Positions 47,301 through 61,500 of a stretch of DNA of 64,000 nt are shown in pieces. The translations under genes and the position numbers were made by a program. The DNA lies in assembly GCF_000315625.1 (NCBI RefSeq), contig NW_005434663.1:1-64000 (forward strand), in the 5' to 3' direction. The notes beneath the pieces are model-generated. The model saw only the letters and a program-made list of their open reading frames with translations. It made no database searches and was not told the origin of the DNA. The DNA is from Guillardia theta CCMP2712 (Eukaryota > Protista > Cryptophyta). The number at the start of each line of letters is the position of its first letter. Positions within the stretch are counted from its first letter, which is position 1.

Positions 47301-47440
47301 GGACCTGCTTATCTTCGCGGGAGCATGTTCTTATTTTTACTCAAAGGAGTCTTCGGTACAAACCCTACAAGGACAGCAACCCGGACCTTTCATCCCTCCA
47401 TGCAGTCGCCCGCTGGCCGTTGACTGCAACCCGGCCGCCA

Positions 47441-50400
47441 TGGCCGACAGGGCGGTGGAGGTGCTGCGGGGGATGGGGTATGGCGGGAGGAGGAGGGAGG
47501 AGGAAGCGCAGGAACTCTCCGTGCATGTCAGAGACCTTCCTCGCCCTCTTGCTCCTCCTCCCGCGCCTGAACCAGGTTGGGAAGAGCGAGTGCGCGAAGA
47601 GAGGAGGATCCGCAACGCTGTGAGGAGATGGTCGGAAAAGTGCGACGCCCGGATGAAGGCGAAGGCCATGCAAGCTTGGAGGACGATCGCGTGGGAGGAG
47701 CTGAACTTGCGGCGAATCATGAGGCAAGTGAGGACGAAGCTGCATGCCTGGTTCTACGAGACCATGTACTCCGCGTTCGAGTTCTGGAAGGAGAACGCGC
47801 AGTCATTGAGCTTGATGAGGAAGAAGACGAGAAAAGTGATGATGTGGCTGGTCAAGAAGGACGTCATCCGCGCGTTGGGAGCATGGATCGCCTGCTGGGC
47901 ACACGCGAAGGACTGGCGAGTTTGTGCGCTAGAAGGGTGTTTGCAGTCGCGAGCCAAGAGGTACACAGCGTCAGAGGTCAAGAGCTTCATCAACTCAGCG
48001 AGAGGAGCCGCGCTCTTGCATGAGTTCTCCGAGGCGAGCGCGCAAGATCTGTCAGAGAAGGTCATCTCCTCCCGCATCGACCTCGAGGCCCTTCACGAGC
48101 ACCTCACCGTCGACGCCCTCACCGCCGCCCGCATCTTCCCTAGCGAAGACCAGGATCGAGCTCAGGCGCTCATCTGGAAGTTGGGGAGGCGAGCCGTCGG
48201 CTGTCTTGTCCTCGTTGATGTGACGTAGCATGGCAGGTTGATGTTGAATGACACCTCCCGCTTGGACACGCTCGAGATCTGGAACAGCCGAATGCTGCTG
48301 TCCATCGACATCTTCGAGGACGAGCTAGACAACACAGTGATAAGAGCAAGCAACACCAAGCAACAGACTAACAAGAACACAACTTTCACTTTCGTATACT
48401 CACGTGCTGCCATCGCTCCTCTTGCTGAGCTTAGTCGCAGTTCAACATCGACATGGTGGGATCGCTGCAAGACAAGGAGAGCAGACCTCTGAGAGCAAAC
48501 GGCGAACGGCTTTTGCAGGAATGGGCATGGGGTTATGCTCTCAACGTATCCAAGGTGCGATGATAATGCGCTTGTGACGGGGGTGAGGGCCTGGCAGACA
48601 GCTCAGGTCAGCAGCGTCAAGGTGCTGCTCAAGCTGAGAGAAGGAAATTTCGCGCTGGTGCACATCTTTGACTACGAGAAGAACGAGATGATCATCGAGA
48701 GTAACCTGGTGTGTCCAGCTGCTTGTTCGGCAACGAGCTTGACCTGTGACAGGTGAAAGGAGAGGGGGAGACCTCCAAGTGGTATCACTTTCAGTTCATG
48801 AGCGTGGACATGGACGGCAATGAGAGGAGGGAGATCATTCAATGGCAGAACACTTGGGTGGTAAGACATCTGCCCTCTACTGGCTCAGGCTCCGACTGGC
48901 TTCTTGACAGATTGTTGCGAGCATTTCGGATCGAGGCGAACAGCAATCAGCGTCGTCATCGAATCTTTTCTATTACAAAGAAGATCATCACAGCAGCCGC
49001 GTCATCAACAGGCAGCAAGCTGATCGTCTCAATCATCTTCCTTGACGCTTCTTCCTTCATCAGCGCCATCATCGCCACGGCAGGATGCACCAGCGGAGAA
49101 TGGAACTTCAACCCTGTGCGCGCTCAGTCCTGTCCCTGCTTGACCTTGACAGCGACGTCTTACTGCTCCAGGCCCCTCGCAACATCGAGATGCAGATCGA
49201 ATTTCGTGCTGCCGAAGACTTTGAGGACGAAGACGATGGCGATGACGATGGAGTTGACGATAGTAATCGAGACTTTGCCTTCGAGGCAGTGAAGGAGGCG
49301 GAGGCGCAGCTGCAGAAGTTGATGCAGGTACATGAAGGGGGGAACAAGTCAGTTTGCTCAGAGACTTGCAGGAGCATCCCGAAGAAGATAGTTCACAAGA
49401 AGTGAAAGAAGAGATGGACCGACTGCACAAGATGATTCGACAGTAAGAGCTGGAAGAGAGCTGAGAGGAATGATCTTCGAGCAGGTACTCCCTTGATCGA
49501 TGTGTGGAGCCGTTCGAGAGTCGAGTAGGATGGATTACAAACCGCCGGCTCCTGTTTGAGATCCCTTGCGAGGTTGCATGCAGCTACAACTTCATCATGA
49601 AGGAGTAAGTGGACTCGAGACCTGCTGCCTCTGCTCTCCTGATGGCGTTGAAGGTTTTGGTTCGTCAACCCGGACTTGAACCTGCACTTCTTCATCTGCG
49701 ACGAAGACGGCAGACATCGTAGAGACATGCAGCTAGTGAGAGGAGAGGGAGCAGAGCGGGAGTGACGTTTGAGTCGAGGTGTCTGTCGAGCCCTTCAAGG
49801 TTTTTTCCTTCTCCTTCGACAGGTCAAGTGAAGTTGGAGGGGTTGACAACTGACGGAGGGACGGGAAGGGAAGGCAACCTCTTCCTCGCTAACAACAACC
49901 GATCGTTTGTCCGGTATCGGCCTACGGAGATGCACAAGTCGGACTTCTTTTACAGGTCTCCCTTGGCTTGTCGGCAGCTCGACGTGACCCATGGCCCGCA
50001 GAGCATGGAAGGTTGAGATGCAGTGGAGCCCGGCAAGCAGCATCTGCTGCAGCGAGGAGCGCGTGTTCTGCATGTTCATGCGAGGGCCCGTCGTAGAGAT
50101 CTCAAAGGGATCAGGATCACTGCTGAGAATCTTCAGGGTCAAGCCTCCTGCCTCTATCGCTCTTTGACGCGCTTGCAGCTCAACTTTGAGGTCATCAACG
50201 TGGGTTGCACGATCTTTGCTATGCAGCGACTTATCTTTGTCGACTCCGACTCCATCAAGATGTGCAAGTTGATAGGTAGAAACACCACCTTCCTCCGCTC
50301 TCTCTCCTCTCCTCGCTCATTCTCTCCTCTCGCGTGTCTCTCCTCTGCTGGTATCTCCTGACGCTGCTCTCTCACGCAGCCGATGGAGCCAGCGGGTTAG

Positions 50401-50807
50401 CAGAGCTCGTCTGTCCTCCCCTGGGCGAGCACTTTCTCCAGGACAAGTCCATCAGCGTACCCGCCTGCTGTCGTCACGTCTCTCTCTGACGTGGGAGCAG
50501 CGAGCTCAGCAAGATTTCATCGCCAAGGGACTGGACAGTCCAGCGATCCTGTGGGACGGATCCTTTCTGTGGGTGGGGAGCCATGCTGGAGTCGCGCTGC
50601 CTGAGTTGAAGGCTGCGGCAGGTGACGGAGGCGCAAGCGAAAGGAGATCGGAAGGCGGGAACCAAGACCTTCTCCTGGACCTGCTACGCTCCCATGACGC
50701 GAGGGACCATGGCGAAGGGATACGGAACTCGAGCGCTGATCGCAACAGTGGCGGAGAAGAGTGAGGATGGAAGAGTTCAATCGAGACCGATTGAGCATCA
50801 GCAATGA
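47441..50807 (+). CDS. Hypothetical multi-exon protein with Sfi1-like Trp repeats near the N-terminus
   Basis: Periodic motifs AVRRW, AMQAW, AFEFW, ALGAW, followed by a series of short GT-AG introns. Confidence 0.5.
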
Positions 50808-50812
50808 AACCA

Positions 50813-51316
50813 TCATGTAGGCTGCATGTGCTCCGGTAGCTCCGCCCGCAGCGCGACCGCGTTCTCCCAGCATACCTGCCGCACCTGTAGCTGTTTTGAG
50901 CGCGTTATCCTGAGGTATCATCGATACCTGATCAACGTCTGGGCGTGCAGCCGTGTCGAGATTCACCATGGCGCTCACTAGCGCTCGAATAGGCCCCCCA
51001 TAGATCTCATCCACAGGCGCATAAACACCTGCATCCTTCCCTGAGCCACCAGATCTGATGCCGCCGAGCTCACCTTTGCATATTCTCATTCTCAACGCAT
51101 ACAGATTCACATTCTTCTCCCAGAACGGTGACGCCTTTTTCAGCAAACGTAAGCGCTCCTCGCCAGCACTGTCAAGTCGCAATACAAGATTGCAGAGTTC
51201 ATATATTACACAGCCCAACGACCAGATATCGGCCTGCAAGGCAAGATCAGCCTCCTTCTGCTTCTCCTGCTCAAAAGCTGCCTCCTCCTCCTCCTCCCTC
51301 TCCTCCTCCCCCTCGC

Positions 51317-51415
<99 letters not shown>

Positions 51416-52430
51416 TCCTCCTCGTTCTCCAAAACTACTTGCCGGATAAGAGTATGGCGATCCTTGCATGACCTCAGGGGCCATGTAGTAAGGAGTTCCA
51501 ACCACCTGCCATGCCACAATGGCAGACTGAGACACGAGGAGGATCGACAAGGAGACTTACTGTTGTGCACTCCAGTGTTCGAGAGCTGAAGAGCCGACCC
51601 AAGCCGAGATCTCCTAGCTTCAAGTTTCCTCCCTCTCCTAGAAAGACGTTGGCAGGCTGCCAGCATGTCACACAGAAACCAGCGGTAGGCCTGCTCACCT
51701 TCACGTCCCGGTGCATCATGTGGTTCTGCTTCATGTGTCGAAGCGCGTCTGCTAACTGCAACAGCTCCATCAGCCCGCAGGAGCTGAGAGAGGCGGCGAT
51801 GTTCAACCTGATAAGAATACAACCATACTATCGCTGGTCTCAGCCTGGAATTGTTCTGGGATTGTTCCCGAATAACTCTACAAGGTAAAGACAACTGTCA
51901 ATGCAAAAGGATAAAGAGAAAGCAATTGACCCTGCGAGATCTCCGTTTGTACATAGCTCTAGACAGATGTAAAACTCTCCTTGCTCTATCCAAGAATCAT
52001 AACACTTGATGATGTGCTGTCGAACGCGACGAGTGAGCTCTGATTCACAAAGGGAGAGGGGTGAAGAAAGCATCCAAGACAAACATCACCCTATTGTCCA
52101 CTTTCTGCAGAAGCTTCGCTTCTCTTACAACCTGGGCAACGCATTCGAACCAAGCAGACAAGGTTTGACTAGAATCAAACCTCATGTCGTTCTTTACTGT
52201 CCATAATCTCCAGGAAAATCTGTTTGAAACAGATCAGTCACCGTTAGCCTTGTGGTGGGTTGTCAAGTCTTCGTACCTGAACTTTTTTAAGCGCGACTTT
52301 GATTCCTGTCGGTTGATGTATCGCGCTAGAGCTCACTCTCAGTGGTGCGTCTGATGGACCCCTGGGGCTCCTACCTGTGTACAGTCGCAAACTTTCCAGC
52401 TCCTATTGTTGTGATATTCTTGTAATTCTG
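50813..52430 (-). CDS. NIMA-related kinase (NEK6/7-like; multi-exon, 5' end approximate)
   Basis: IGAGKFATV, VALKKVQ, ELCTNGDL, MHRDVKPANVFL, LKLGDLGLGRLFSS, VGTPYYMAPE, ADIWSLGC. Confidence 0.92.
51320..51415. repeat. (TCCTGC)n intronic microsatellite
   Basis: Direct reading. Confidence 0.95.
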
Positions 52431-52634
52431 TCGGTGAAATACATTTTCAAATACATAAATTGATAGTTCTCTTCCTTCAACCAACCCTCCTACTATCAAT
52501 TACTAACATGTTGGATAACTCTGACTTCTATTGCATATTACGACTCGTCGTATTTGTCAGCTTCTTCTTTTGTACCCTTATGCCCTCATTGCTTTACTGA
52601 TGAATTTGGACCTGTAACCCGATGTCCCTGCCTT

Positions 52635-52930
52635 TCTCCCTTGTTCCTCCTCTCCTCTCCACCTTTCCCCTCACTTTCCTCCCCTCCCTCTCCTCTCTTC
52701 TCTTCTCCTCACTATCCTCTCCTCTACTCTCCGTTTCCTCCCCCGTCTTCTCTCCTCCGTCCTCCTCCCTCTCCTCTCCTTCTCCCTCTCCTCTTTCTCT
52801 CTCCCCTGTCTCTCTCCCTTGTCTCTCTCTCCTCCCTCCCTCCCTCCCTCTCCCTCTCTCTCCCTCTCCCTCTCTCTCTCTCTCTCCTCCTCCCTCCCTC
52901 CCTCCCTCTCCCCTCTCCTCTCCTCTTACA
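52635..52930. repeat. CT-rich low-complexity tract
   Basis: Direct reading. Confidence 0.9.
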
Positions 52931-53110
52931 TGGATCTTCTCCTCCTCCATCAGCTCGTCTAGTTCTTCCATTGGTGGCGATCGACAGTCAGTATTCATCC
53001 CCCTCATTTCTCATAGCCCCACATCCCCTCACTGAGTGGATCATCGCCCTCACTCACATCGAATGTGGCCCTCATCCCCTCACTGTTCAAGTCGAGCGAA
53101 GGGGCATGGC

Positions 53111-54157
53111 ATGAGGGCAGTACCAATGCAGCTGCGACACAGAAGCTCGCGGCTTCTGCTGGGCGCCTCCCTCCTCCTCTCTCTCCCCATCCTCTTGATC
53201 CTGTCTCGTCTCAGCTCCGGCGATGACGACCGCGACGCGACGCTTCTCACGAAAAGAACTACCGCCCTCGAGTACTTCAAGGATCTTGGGTACAGCAATG
53301 CAGAGAAATGCGATGGAAGCTTGCCCATGGCAGAGCAGTCGCCAGTAGCGATTGAAGATGGACTGGACGGAAATGTTGTGAGAGAGCAACTTCCTCCCAT
53401 TGGATGGATTTCTCTCAACGATGGTGGCGTGTATCGCATGAAAACTCCTGGCACAGACCAAGTGACCGGAGAGCCGAATGTCAAGCTGTTTGTGAATGGG
53501 AACAAGTTTGACATGAGGGAGCTCCAGGCTCACATGGATTACGGAGGTCAGACTTACAAGCTCGATCACTTCCTCCTCAAGACACCCGCTGAGCACACTA
53601 TCGACGGTGTCACGTTTGGGATGGAGCAGCAGTTTGTGCATTATCCCGTGTCGCCGAGCTCACCTTACACCTCTCTTGTCGTCTCTGTCTTGTATCAGGA
53701 GCATCCTCTCATCTCTCCCGAGTTCATGGAGAAGTTGTACCTGGCGATCCCCTGCATGGGGGAGGGCAAACATTGCCAGCGAACGGTAAACTTTGCGTCC
53801 ATGGCTCGTACAGTGCTGTACCAGACAGCCGGCGCATCGAGGTTCCACAAGCTCACGTACGAGTACGATCCCATGGACGCGTGCAAGACTCCTCCCTGCG
53901 TCTTCGCGGGGTCAGCCGGCGACGCCATCGTGCAGAACTTCCTAGAGCCAACGTCTCGGGCCAACTTCCGCTCCTACTTCAAGTACAGGGGATCGCAGAC
54001 GCTGCCGCCCTGCGAGGAAGGAGTGCTGTGGCTGGTCATGCAGAACGCAGTTCCGATCCAGAGCGATCACCTCGCTGCATTCCAGCTCGCGCTCGGGGAC
54101 ATCGCGAGGCCTGTGCAGCCTCTTAACGGGCGAGTGATCCAGGAGGCGTTCAGGTAG
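53111..54157 (+). CDS. Alpha-carbonic-anhydrase-related protein, type II membrane anchored, lacking zinc ligands
   Basis: QSPVAI, PAEHTIDG, ME..FVH, YFKYRGSQTLPPCEEGVLW, RPVQPLNGR; N-terminal TM helix. Confidence 0.9.
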   Translation: MRAVPMQLRHRSSRLLLGASLLLSLPILLILSRLSSGDDDRDATLLTKRTTALEYFKDLGYSNAEKCDGSLPMAEQSPVAIEDGLDGNVVREQLPPIGWISLNDGGVYRMKTPGTDQVTGEPNVKLFVNGNKFDMRELQAHMDYGGQTYKLDHFLLKTPAEHTIDGVTFGMEQQFVHYPVSPSSPYTSLVVSVLYQEHPLISPEFMEKLYLAIPCMGEGKHCQRTVNFASMARTVLYQTAGASRFHKLTYEYDPMDACKTPPCVFAGSAGDAIVQNFLEPTSRANFRSYFKYRGSQTLPPCEEGVLWLVMQNAVPIQSDHLAAFQLALGDIARPVQPLNGRVIQEAFR

Positions 54158-54408
54158 CACGCGAGAGCGAGCGAGGGAGCGAACTGACTTTGATTGTTCA
54201 GCCGCTTATGGAAGTAGAAGGGAAAGAGACATCGGTGACGACAAGGGGAGATGTGTCTAGACGTCAAAGAGCATGTAGAAAGACTAAGATAACTACGAGC
54301 TTATGAAGCTCACTGAGCAAGATTTTACTATCCTCCTTCTCATATCCTCACTACCATGCTCTTCTATCTAGTTTCAGGCTCCATCCTCGGAATCACCTGC
54401 ATTAAGTG

Positions 54409-57400
54409 TCACACTCCTCCCTCCCTCCCTTCCCCCCTCCTCCTCCTTACCTTGCTGAACAAGCTGTGCGCGAATGCCGCGCAAGACCCATCGCTGCACG
54501 TCGGAGTTTTCAAGGGGAAGGATGACATGAACTCCGATGAACCCGCCGCTGCCACGTCATCACAACCCTCACAGCAGCGAGCAACGAGTACCTGTCGGAG
54601 ACACGAGGGTCGAGGTCTGACTGCGAGGGGGCTGAGGTAGCCACCTCCTTCCCAAGGTTGACTCGTCGTGTCCACCTACCGAGAGTGAAGCAGGGGCACT
54701 CGTAGCCGAGCTCCGCTGACGTCGACGCCGTTCTGACGTTGCGAACTTGCAAGATGGGGAGCAGGTTGGTGACGGAGCTGCTCTCGCTCAGCACCAGCCT
54801 GGGAAGCTCGACAGAAGCTCTGCGGGTAAGATGAGAGGAGCAGAAGTGCGGATAGAGTGGAGGAGGCATAGCAGGGAGAGGGGGAGAAGAGAAGGAAGGG
54901 AAAAAGGAGTTGAAGGAGGAGGAGGAGGAGGAGGAGGAGAACGATAAGGGGAAAGAGAAGAGGAAGGTGCGGGATGAGGAGAGGTTGTTACCCAAGGAGC
55001 TCTACTCCTCGGACGAAGGCTGTGGTGCCGAGACTAGCGATGTTGTCAGAGATCTCGTCTGTGCTCGTCTTCTTGGTCGGGATCAGATGCACTCGCGCCT
55101 CCTCCAAAGGGACTGCCTCCACACTGCTCGGCCTCGTCATTTCCCAGCTCACTTGACGTCAGGCAAACCTCGTGAGGATGCACTTGCGGAAGATAGAGGT
55201 CTTGAGGGCCGCGAAGAAAGCCTTGACGGAGAGCGGAGAGGGAGGCGGCAGACGAGGAACACCCAGAGGAGGAGAGGAGAGGAGAAAGAAGCGTCAGCAA
55301 AACTGTGTTTGAACAGTACAAGGGATCTCGATGGGAAGGGAGGGACAAGCAGGAGGGAGGCGAGAGGATGAGGGAAAGGAGGGAGAGGTGGGTTGGAAGC
55401 TTTCAGTTTCAGAGTTGATTTGAACCTGCGGGAAGAGCAGGGGAGCGAGGGAGTAGCACTTGCAGTACCCCAGCTGACACCAAGTTTGCAGCTGGGTTTG
55501 AGCTGAGCGTAGAAGGTTCAACCAAGCGTCGAGCTTGCGGACTCTCCAAGACTTCTGCTGCCAGTCTGCTGGGGTCTTCTCACTTTGGAGGCACCTGGCC
55601 ATCAACATCATCGGTTAGCACGTGGAGGATGAGGCAGGAGGGAGGGAGTTGCCTGAGAAGGTCCTGCTCCTCCCTCCTCACTTCCTCCCGCTGTACCCCA
55701 GTAGCTCCAAGTAGCGACCCAAGAGTGCTCGTCAAAGTTAGCCTGTAGGGTGTAGGTGAGAAGGAGGCGGACAGACGGAGGAGAAGGGGAAGAGTTTGGA
55801 AGGAGAAGCAACAAGGAGTGAGGGAGGAGGAGCGGAGGAGGTGGAAAAGGAAGAGGAGGAGGAGTAGGTGACCGTAGGTAGGAGTTGAGTTTGTTGTACG
55901 CGTCCACCTCCTGTCTCAGGTGCTGCTTGAGGACTTCGTCACTCGCCGCCACCTGCTCGAGCAAGGAGCCCTCGATCGAGCTGGGCAGCTGCTCGAGCAC
56001 CGCCTTCACCTGGACGCTCGTCAGAGATGAGGAAGGGGCATGTTGAGCCCACCAGCACGATCAGCTTGCTGTCCAGCTCGGACCTTTCGCGCACGGGGAG
56101 CTGTATCTCCTGGGGCTGCGACGCCTGCGGTTGGGCGACCTTCTTGCCCTTGTCGGGGGGCTGGAGGAAAGAGGACTGGCGGGTCACGTCCTTGCGGGAC
56201 AGCTTGGGGGCAGCTGGAGACACGCTCTTGGGGGTGCTGAAGATGGGCGGAATATCTCCCTGAGCTGGGTCCGAGCTGGAAGAGCCCTCAACGTGGTGGA
56301 TGGAGTAGATGAGGGAGAGAACTTCGTCGTCCAGCTCGAGGATGTCACGGAGAGACTGCTGGCGGTCGAGCCACAGCAGCTCGACCTTGCTCTTCCCCGC
56401 CATGCTCTTGAGCCCCTTCACTAGGGCACTGGCGCTGCCGCAGGAGGGGATAGAGAGTCCGGGGAGGATCTCGTGCTTAGGGTTGAGGATGCCGCGATGG
56501 AAGCAGCGGTTGATGAGCGCTGCGAGGACTCGAGCGTCGAAGCTGCTGCCTGCCTGACCCTCGTACTCGATGGCGACCAGGGAGCGAACGTGCCGCCACT
56601 CAACCTGCAGGCCTTGCATGATGGTCGACTGCAGCCAGTTGTAGAGAGACCTCGCGGCGTTCTCGAAGTCCTCGTAGACTGTCTGCCCGCTGAACCATCC
56701 TCCGGCATGCTTCAACCGCTCGTGCAGGATAGCATGGAAGATGCAGAGCGAAAGAAAGAATCTCCCCACCTCCAAGTCCGTCTTCCCCCTCCCTGCCTGC
56801 ACGTACTCGTCCTTGATCGTCTGCGCCACCTCCAGCGCCGCTTCGTAAACTCCATCGTTAATGTTGTCGTGGGCGCGGAGCTTGAAGCAATTCTGAGCCG
56901 TGCGGGCGGGGATGGCAGACATGTCGTCAACTACCAGCCACAGTCGGAAGTCTTTGTGAATGACTCTCCTCAGGAGGACAAAGGACAGGATGCTGTTGAT
57001 CGCCTCTACGTTGCTCTCAGTGACGGGGATGAAGCAAATCGCCAGCCAGCTCCCGCTCTCCATCCCCTCCGTCACCTCTCGCAGAAGCTGCTTCCTGCTG
57101 GAGTAGTCCGAGATGCTCCTCGTGCGCATGACTATCCTGTTGGCGCTGGCCAGGAGCTGCAGCCTCTGCGGCAGGTTGATCAGCTCCTGCGGGCTGGCAA
57201 GGCAGAGGACAGGGACGTTGGAGCAGGTCTTGTCGGAGAAGATCGTCTCCCAGTCGCTCCTCCTGGAGGGGAGGTACTCCGGGCCAAGGACCTCGGCGAT
57301 CACGTGCTCGAGGAGAGAATGTCTGCGGTCAGGGCGGAGGGCGTTGATGACCAGCATGTGGTCACAGATGCGCATCTTCCTCCTCTCCTTGTTCGGCTCC

Positions 57401-58470
57401 TCGTCCACCGACAGCAGCCCTGCTACCTCCGCCATCATCGTCTCCGGATGCTCCTTGAAGTACAGGGCGCGCCAGTCTGACCGGAACGGGTCTGTCTCGC
57501 GCGCCATCATCCCCGGCAGCCCCCGCAGAGGCGGCCAGAGCTGAGAAACTCTCACGATCTCCCCCCACGCGCTGGCTGGCAGCCACTTCATGTGCTCGGG
57601 CTGCTCCGAGAAGTCCGAGTCCCCGAAGTGCTGGCCGATGCCTCTGAGCCTCCTGGGCCTGGAGGAGGAGGAGGACGAGGGGGTTCCTCTTGTGGGAGAC
57701 TTGATGTTGGCCTTCTTGTCCCCTCCCTTGACGTAGGGGGAGGACTGGGCAGCCGAGCTCTCGTCGGACCCTCCGGGCAGCGGCCTGCCCGAAAGGAGGG
57801 CGACCAAGGGCAGGAACTCAGACTGCAGGAGGACGCCAGAGTTGACGAGGGACCAGAGGGCGAAGTAGCACGTGAAGAGCCACTTCATGTCTGCGTCGAG
57901 GCCCAGCACGATCCTGTTGTGGAGCTCGGAGCGATAGTTGGTGACAGACTGGATATGGCGGTTCGGGCCCTTGGGAAGATAGGAGCTCTGCATGCAATCC
58001 TTCAAGGTGATGGCTAGGAAGTGAATGGAGACAACGATGCTCTCTTGCGTGAACGCGTCAAGGGTTGACGTCAGATTGTACATGTCCACACCCACCCTTG
58101 CAAGCTCTGCAAATCTCTGGCATTCAGCGTCCAGGATTTTGATGCGGTCCTGCTGGATGGCCAGGTTGGACTTGAGATCGACTTCACGCTTGCGGAAGGA
58201 GGAGATGACGCTCAGGTTGGCGGTGTCGGTGAGCAGAACTCCGTCCGACCCCGCCAGGAAGGACAAGATGTCTCCGTCCAACACCTGCAAGGTTCGTCAG
58301 CAAGGAGAAGAGGACAAACAACGGGAGCAGGAACAGAAGCGAGTGAACAGTGTAGAGAAGAGGTGAAGGTGGTTGTTGATGAGATAAAAATGGAGGTAGA
58401 GTTAGAGGTCGAGGTTGGGAACAAGAAGAGGCGGCGGCGGCGGCGGCAGCAGCAGCAGCAGCACCAGCAC

Positions 58471-58505
<35 letters not shown>

Positions 58506-61500
58506 CCAGCAGCAGCAGCACCAGCACCAGCAGCAGCAGCAGCACCAGCAGCAGGTAGGAAATGAAGAGGAGGGAATGGCATCAGGCTGACCTTGAGGGC
58601 AGTGGAGGCCTTGCCAATGTCCATGGACAACTGCAGCTTCTCCTCCCACAACTCCATCCTCTCCAGGCTGACTGCTCGATCCAGCAGGAGGTGCTCCAGC
58701 CCAGCAGAGCTGATGGAGAAGTCGACGACGTTGAGGAGCGGGAAGCTCTTGAGTGAAGTCGGAGCATCCGCAGCAGAGCTGAGGAGGAGGATGCGGAAAT
58801 CGTGATGGACGCTGACGGTCTTCTCTTTACGCTGGACGGGGTCGAAGTAGCGGAAGCTCGAGAACTTCTCCTTGTTCCTCCTCCTCTCCTGCGGGGATAT
58901 CAAGACTTCAGCTGGGAGGCTCCTGAGGGCCATCAGGTCCCGGACCCCCTTCACCAGCAGCACCAGACCGGTCTCGCATGCCAGCGCGAGCATGCGAAAG
59001 AAGAAGGGGAGGTCTTCCATGCTCGCCCGGCAGAAGCCGCTGGCGTTGCGGTCCCGAGGATTGCTAGACATGCCCTTCTCCTCCTCCTCCTCCTGCCAAT
59101 TGGACGTGAAGATCCACTTGCTCTGTGGGGGCTCTCGAGCTCGGAGCTCCTGCAAGACCTCAGCACTGTGAGCGACGGAGGAATTCTCTCTCTTCTCCTC
59201 GAAGACGAGAAAATCTGACTGAGGTCGTCCGGCTGAGACAGGACGGAGAGAGCTGAAGGAGCTGGTGGCGTCTACGATCCACTTCTCAGCGATGCCGTGA
59301 GGGTCGAGGACGAGGGGGATAGACGAGGAGAAGACTAGGATGCAGGCAGAGTCGATGAGCTGTTCGTCGTCCAGTCGAACTCTCCAGAGGAAGCGATCGA
59401 AGTCATCCAGCAGCACCTCCTGCACCTCCAGCTGCCTGCTGCTCCTCCACAGTCCTCTGTTCACTGCGTCACTCAGCACGATCCTGTTCAGCTCTGACCG
59501 CAGGGAGGAGCGGAGGATGCCCCCGTAAGTCATGAAGCAGGAGAGGCAGCTTGCTTCCACTGCGATTTCTCCGATCTTCTTCTCCTTGTCCTCGTCCGAC
59601 CGGATCCAGTCAGCGCTGTGGTCCCGCAGGAACTTGATCGCTTCGCTCCCCATCCTGATGACGTTCCTCAGCCTCAGGCTGTCCGCCATCAGCCGCAGCT
59701 TCTGCTCCATCTGCACGTCCAAGTTCTGCTGCTTCTGCTGCAGTTTCTTCTCCCACCTCCTGATCTCATCGGTCAACGAGATGATCGCGTCCTGCTTTCT
59801 CTTCAGCTCCGCATGCTCCCCGTGGATCCCAGCAAGGGCAGACGCGTAGCGGTACATGGACAGCACCGTCCTGCACAGCAACTTGCCCACGTCGTCGTGC
59901 GATTCCCAGCTGCTTCCTGGGGAGAAGTCCTCCTGCTGCATGCCGTAGAGCGAGCTCGTGAAGGTTTGCGAGTTGACAAGCGGCTCCAAGAGCTCCAGAG
60001 TCTCTCTGGACGAGAAGATCAGGAGGGTGGAGCAGAAGGTGTAGCAAGAGAACGAGCTGAAGGAGAAATGGAGGAGGAGGAGGAGGAGGAGGAGGAGGAG
60101 GAGGTGGTGGTGGTGGTGGTGGTGGTAAAGGTGGAGTAGAAACCTTGTGATGTATCTCATGTCGATCGACGCGAGTTCTTGCAGGCACTCTGAGGGAATG
60201 AAAACTTCAGCTCGAGAATCAAACAGGACAAACAGGACAAACATAGACAACAGTGAAAGAAGAAAGAAGGAGGCAGGAGGCAGGAGGCAGGAGGCAGGAG
60301 GCAGGAGGCAGGAGGCAGGAGGCAGGACCTTGATCGAGGCTACTGGTATCCAAGCGACGAGAGGCGCTGACTGAGGAGAAGTCAGAGGCGCGTTGAAGCA
60401 GATGCTTTTGATACCTATGGACTTGTGCCGGGACATGACGCGAGAAAACTGCATGGAGCCTGAGGGAAAGACTTCCGCTCCCTTCCTCTCCATCGCCGAG
60501 TCGGAAGAGGATGAAGACTCCAGCAGAGCTGCCAGCTCGGAAGGAGAGTTTGCGGCCCAGGAGATGATGTTGAGCTGCCTGGAGAGGAAGAGAAGGATGG
60601 AGTCGGTGACAAGCTCGGTCAGGTCGGAGAGCTGGTTGACAGTCATCCACGCTTCGATCTGAAATCTGTTGACCTCCCTCAGCTGCTGCTGGCAGACGTT
60701 CACGTCCTCATGCAGGATCTTGAAGGAGAACGACCCGTTGCCCAGCTGCGCATCCAGCTCGCCCTCCAGCTCGTTCCTCTCCTGCACCATCTTGGATAGG
60801 ACGAGCCGGCGGCGTTCGATCTCGTACGTCAGGTCCTGCATGTCCGCCAGCTCGCTGTTGATCCTCAGCTTGTTGGCTACGGCAAGCCCGTTGTTCTGCC
60901 GCAGCTGCGCCTGGAATGTGCTGAGCTCTTCTTCTCCTCGTTTGATCCGTTCCGCCGCTCTCTCCTGCCTCGTCCAGACTCCCTTCAAGCAGGAGATCTT
61001 GTCCTCCAGCAGCCGCTCGAAGTCTCTCAGGAAGAGGTCGTACTTGGAGTGGAGGCAGGAGAGAAACTCTCCCTCGCAGCTTCCTCCTCCTCTCTCTGGC
61101 CCTGCCGCCCCTCCCCTCCTCTCCAGCTTCCTGAGCGCGTCCGGGATGTGCGAAAGGTGCTGAGTCAGCGTGGAGGACAGGTTGTGCTTCAGCTCGACTC
61201 CAGCTGATGCACTGATCTTCTTGAGAGTCTCCGCGGCCATGGAGGTCGCGGCGTCCTCCCCGAGCTCGGGGAAGTGAAGGATGTGGGCGGACTTGATGAG
61301 GCGCTCGCAGGAGGACTGGAGGAGGGAGAACCGGTCCGAAGACCCCAGCAACTTGTCCGATCGCTCAGTCAAGGTGCTAACAATCAGCTGCAGGTTCTTC
61401 CTAAGCCGAAACTCGGAGGAGGTGAAGACGTCCAGCTCGCCGGGCTGCTGGCCTTTGACCCCCAGCCGTTGGCGCAGGTCCTCTAAGATCTTGTCGCGGT

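Noticed and set aside
56473-57480. 335-aa plus-strand ORF (also 34929-35735, 33202-33918)
   Set aside because: Antisense to GC3-rich exons of real minus-strand genes.
58212-58649. Poly-Cys, poly-Ala or poly-Gln protein segments in the dynein region
   Set aside because: They lie in stop-free introns bounded by GT...AG and are read through by the ORF caller.
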